Assembly (NCBI RefSeq): GCF_006345805.1
Contig: NC_042998.1
Location: forward strand, 132,556,001 to 132,620,000
Length of the DNA: 64,000 bases
Source of the DNA: Octopus sinensis
Lineage: Eukaryota
Reading direction: 5' to 3'
Shown here piece by piece: positions 61,241-64,000 of this stretch. The notes under the pieces were generated by a model. It saw nothing but the letters and a program-made list of their open reading frames with translations. It had not been told where the DNA came from and searched no databases. Position numbers and translations under genes: made by a program. Within the stretch, counting starts at the first letter, position 1; every line of letters begins with the position of its first letter.

Positions 61241-61591
61241 AGTAAAGATATATATATATATATATATACACACATACATAGATGTGTGTATGTGTATGTT
61301 CACTCCGTTTCTTTACCTGTTCTTTGAAGGGAGTGGCTATTGTAGTGTCAGCAATAAAAACTAGCTTCTTCATGATTAATTGTTGCACACTCATCATCTC
61401 TTTCTTCTGCTTTCCTCTCTTTCTCTCGCCACACACAATGACATACACATTACACCCCAACACGAACTCTGTCGTTCCAAAGCACACGACAAACCATATA
61501 CGCACACTAACACGCATACATTCCTAAAGTATTATACTTTTTCATTGTATAGCACCCGAAGACTCTCATTGGATATAGTCTTTGTTATATA

Positions 61592-61792
61592 CTCTCTTAC
61601 TCTTTTACTTGTTTCAGTTATTTGACTGCAGCCATGCTGGAGCACCGTCTTTAGTCGAGCAAATCGACCCCGGGACTTATTCTTTGTCAGCCCAGTACTT
61701 ATTCTATCGGTCTCTTTGGCCGAACCGCTAAGTGACGGGGACGTAAACACACCAGCATCGGTAGTCAAGCAATGCTAGGGGGACAAACGCAG

Positions 61793-61843
<51 letters not shown>

Positions 61844-62014
61844 CATATATACGACAGTCTTCTTTCAGTTTCCGTCTACCAAATCCACTCACAAGGCATT
61901 GGTCGGCCCGGGGCTATAGCAGAAGACACTTGCCCAAGATGCCACGCTGTGGGACTGAACCCGGAACCATGTGGTTGGTAAGCAAGCTACTTACCACACA
62001 GCCACTCCTGCGCC
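61592..62014 (-). mobile_element. Full-length SINE A
   Basis: ctcttttacttgtttcag ... ccactcctgcgcc. Confidence 0.92.
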
Positions 62015-62738
62015 TATGTGGAAAAAAAAAACACTCTAAATTTGTAGATATAGCAAAATTTACTGAATGATCACTGCTAGAACACCTTTGATTACTGAGT
62101 CCTCTCGATCAGGATTGACCATAGCAAACAGCTACACGAACTCTCTGAGATCAGAACTCGCAAAACTATTGAACAGTCTAAATTCCACATTGTAGCTTAT
62201 TTGCCGGGTTGTTTGACTGTGACCAGTAACTGAATAGGATCTGCTTAATTCTTTCTACCTGCAGAAGTTTCTTTCCACCCTAAATCCTTAGAGAACAAAA
62301 GAATAACAGAAAAACAAAATAAAGTTAAATAAATACAAAAAGGGTGTGAGTAGGCACGTACCGAAAAATAGGCTCGAGTGAGGGTCGATGTAATGAAAGA
62401 GTTGGTCCAGTTCTTCTGACCAACTCCTTTTTTTTGTTAAAGTCAAAATGTACCCATTTCATTGTCTAAGTGACCTTCTTTTGTTGATGTATTGTGATGT
62501 ACTGTGAGAAAAATTTGGTCATTATTTCTTGCAGATACTTAGAGGTTTTTTGTTTAGTTCGAAGTGTAAGAAGTTGTGGTTGTTTCACTCCAGGTCGTCT
62601 CTGACCATGCAAGGACTATGATCCTGTCTTTCACTCCTTGCCAATATATCCTGCATTACATTGTAATTGTGAGGTTAATGAGGATTTTAATCAGCGAGAA
62701 TTTGAGACCGCTTTTAGGGAAACCGAAGCACGTTTTTA

Positions 62739-62769
<31 letters not shown>

Positions 62770-62894
62770 GGGGTTGAAGTTTTCTAATCAAGGAGAATTT
62801 GTGAACTGTAGTAGGGGAACCGACACCTTTTTATTTATTTATTTATTTTCTTTTGTGGATGTGCACTAGTGATAAGAATATTGTAAGCAAATTG

Positions 62895-63046
62895 AATACC
62901 TATTTCTTTATTACCCATAAGGGGCTAAACACAGAGAGGACAAAGAAGGACAGACATAGGTATTAAGTCGATTACATCGACCCCAGTGCGTAACTGGTAC
63001 TTAATTTATCGACCCCGAAAGGATGAAAGGCAAAGTCGACCTCGGC
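62895..63046 (-). mobile_element. 5'-truncated SINE B long-tail variant
   Basis: aatacctatttctttattacccataagggg ... gtcgacctcggc; nearly identical to the 41565 copy. Confidence 0.9.
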
Positions 63047-63496
63047 TTTGCAAATTGGATACCGCCTAAGCAATCAGTGGAACGTGGTTGAAGAGGTGCA
63101 ACTGAGAAAGCATCTTCCAAGCACTCATTCTCACGCATCTTACTGCTGTCACGCGCGGCAGTGTGTCCGGCACCCGGTTCACTACTTCAGAAATTCTTCA
63201 GAAAAGATTACCACCCACTAAAGGGGTTAGTGTCGAAAAACATGTCTGATTCAAATCTAAGGTCGATTTTCATAGGCTAAGATTAAGTACCTGTCATATA
63301 ATGGGGTTAATAGTATCGATCTAATTGCCTCCCTTCAGAATTGCTGGCCTTGTGCCCAAAGCAGAAACAATTATCATGACCTGTTCCCCCACCATATTTT
63401 CCGCCCCGCCAAATCAGTTGTAATGTCATTCTCAACTGATGTCCCTGTAACAAATAAAGGCAAATGTTGTTGCTATTTATTATTATTATTATTATT

Positions 63497-64000
63497 AAGG
63501 CGGCGAGCTGGCAGAATCGTTAGCACGCTGGATGAAATGCTTAGCGGTATTTCGTCTGTCGCTATGTGTTTTGAGTTCAAATTTCGCCGAGGTCGACTTT
63601 GCCTTTCATCCTTTCGAAGTTGATAAATTAAGTACCAGCAAAATATTGGGGTCAATGTAATCGACTAGTCCCTTCCTCCACAATTTCAGACCTTGTGTCT
63701 ATAGTAGAAAGGATTATTATTATTATTATTATTTAAATTTGAGATTAGACAGAATCGCGAGCTCGTCTGACTAAATGCCGGTTAGGTACTTCGTTATCCT
63801 TCACGTTCTGAGTTCAAATGTCACTGAGGTCGACTTTACTTTTCATTCTTCCGGGTTCGATAAAATAAATATCATTTGAGCACTGGGGTCGATGTAATCG
63901 ACTAGCCCACCACCGTTCACCTTAATTTCTGGCTTTGTGCCTATATAAAAAAAATTATTATTATTATTATTATTATTATTAAGGCGGTGAACTAGCAGAA
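63497..64000 (+). mobile_element. Head-to-tail array of three SINE B copies (63497-63733, 63735-63980, 63981-edge)
   Basis: Each complete copy ends in (ATT)n immediately followed by the next head. Confidence 0.88.

Overview
AT-rich, repeat-dense eukaryotic non-coding DNA, most likely from an octopod cephalopod. That assignment is an inference from recalled resemblance of the dominant tRNA-derived SINEs to octopus repeats, not a database result. No protein-coding gene can be called with confidence; the long entries in the ORF track are read-throughs of microsatellites or SINE copies. The window is built from: two abundant tRNA-headed SINE families (called A and B here) plus a rarer CORE/V-like SINE; TAA-tailed non-LTR fragments, two with recognisable R4/Dong C-terminal motifs; a decayed LINE RT fragment; TTAA-flanked piggyBac-like MITEs; hAT-like MITEs; Penelope-type minimal hammerhead remnants; several foldback elements; and tandem duplications bounded by microsatellites. 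The clearest large-scale signal is a change in CpG decay at about 23-25 kb. Repeat copies to the left have lost CpGs to TpG/CpA, while even old copies to the right keep them. Promoter-like motifs (NRF1-type, CCAAT, RFX X-box) cluster at and just right of this boundary, suggesting the left third lies in a germline-methylated gene body. Family names and most repeat edges are by-eye calls (roughly +/-10 bp). The 52.8-55.2 kb region shows indel noise that may reflect assembly quality.
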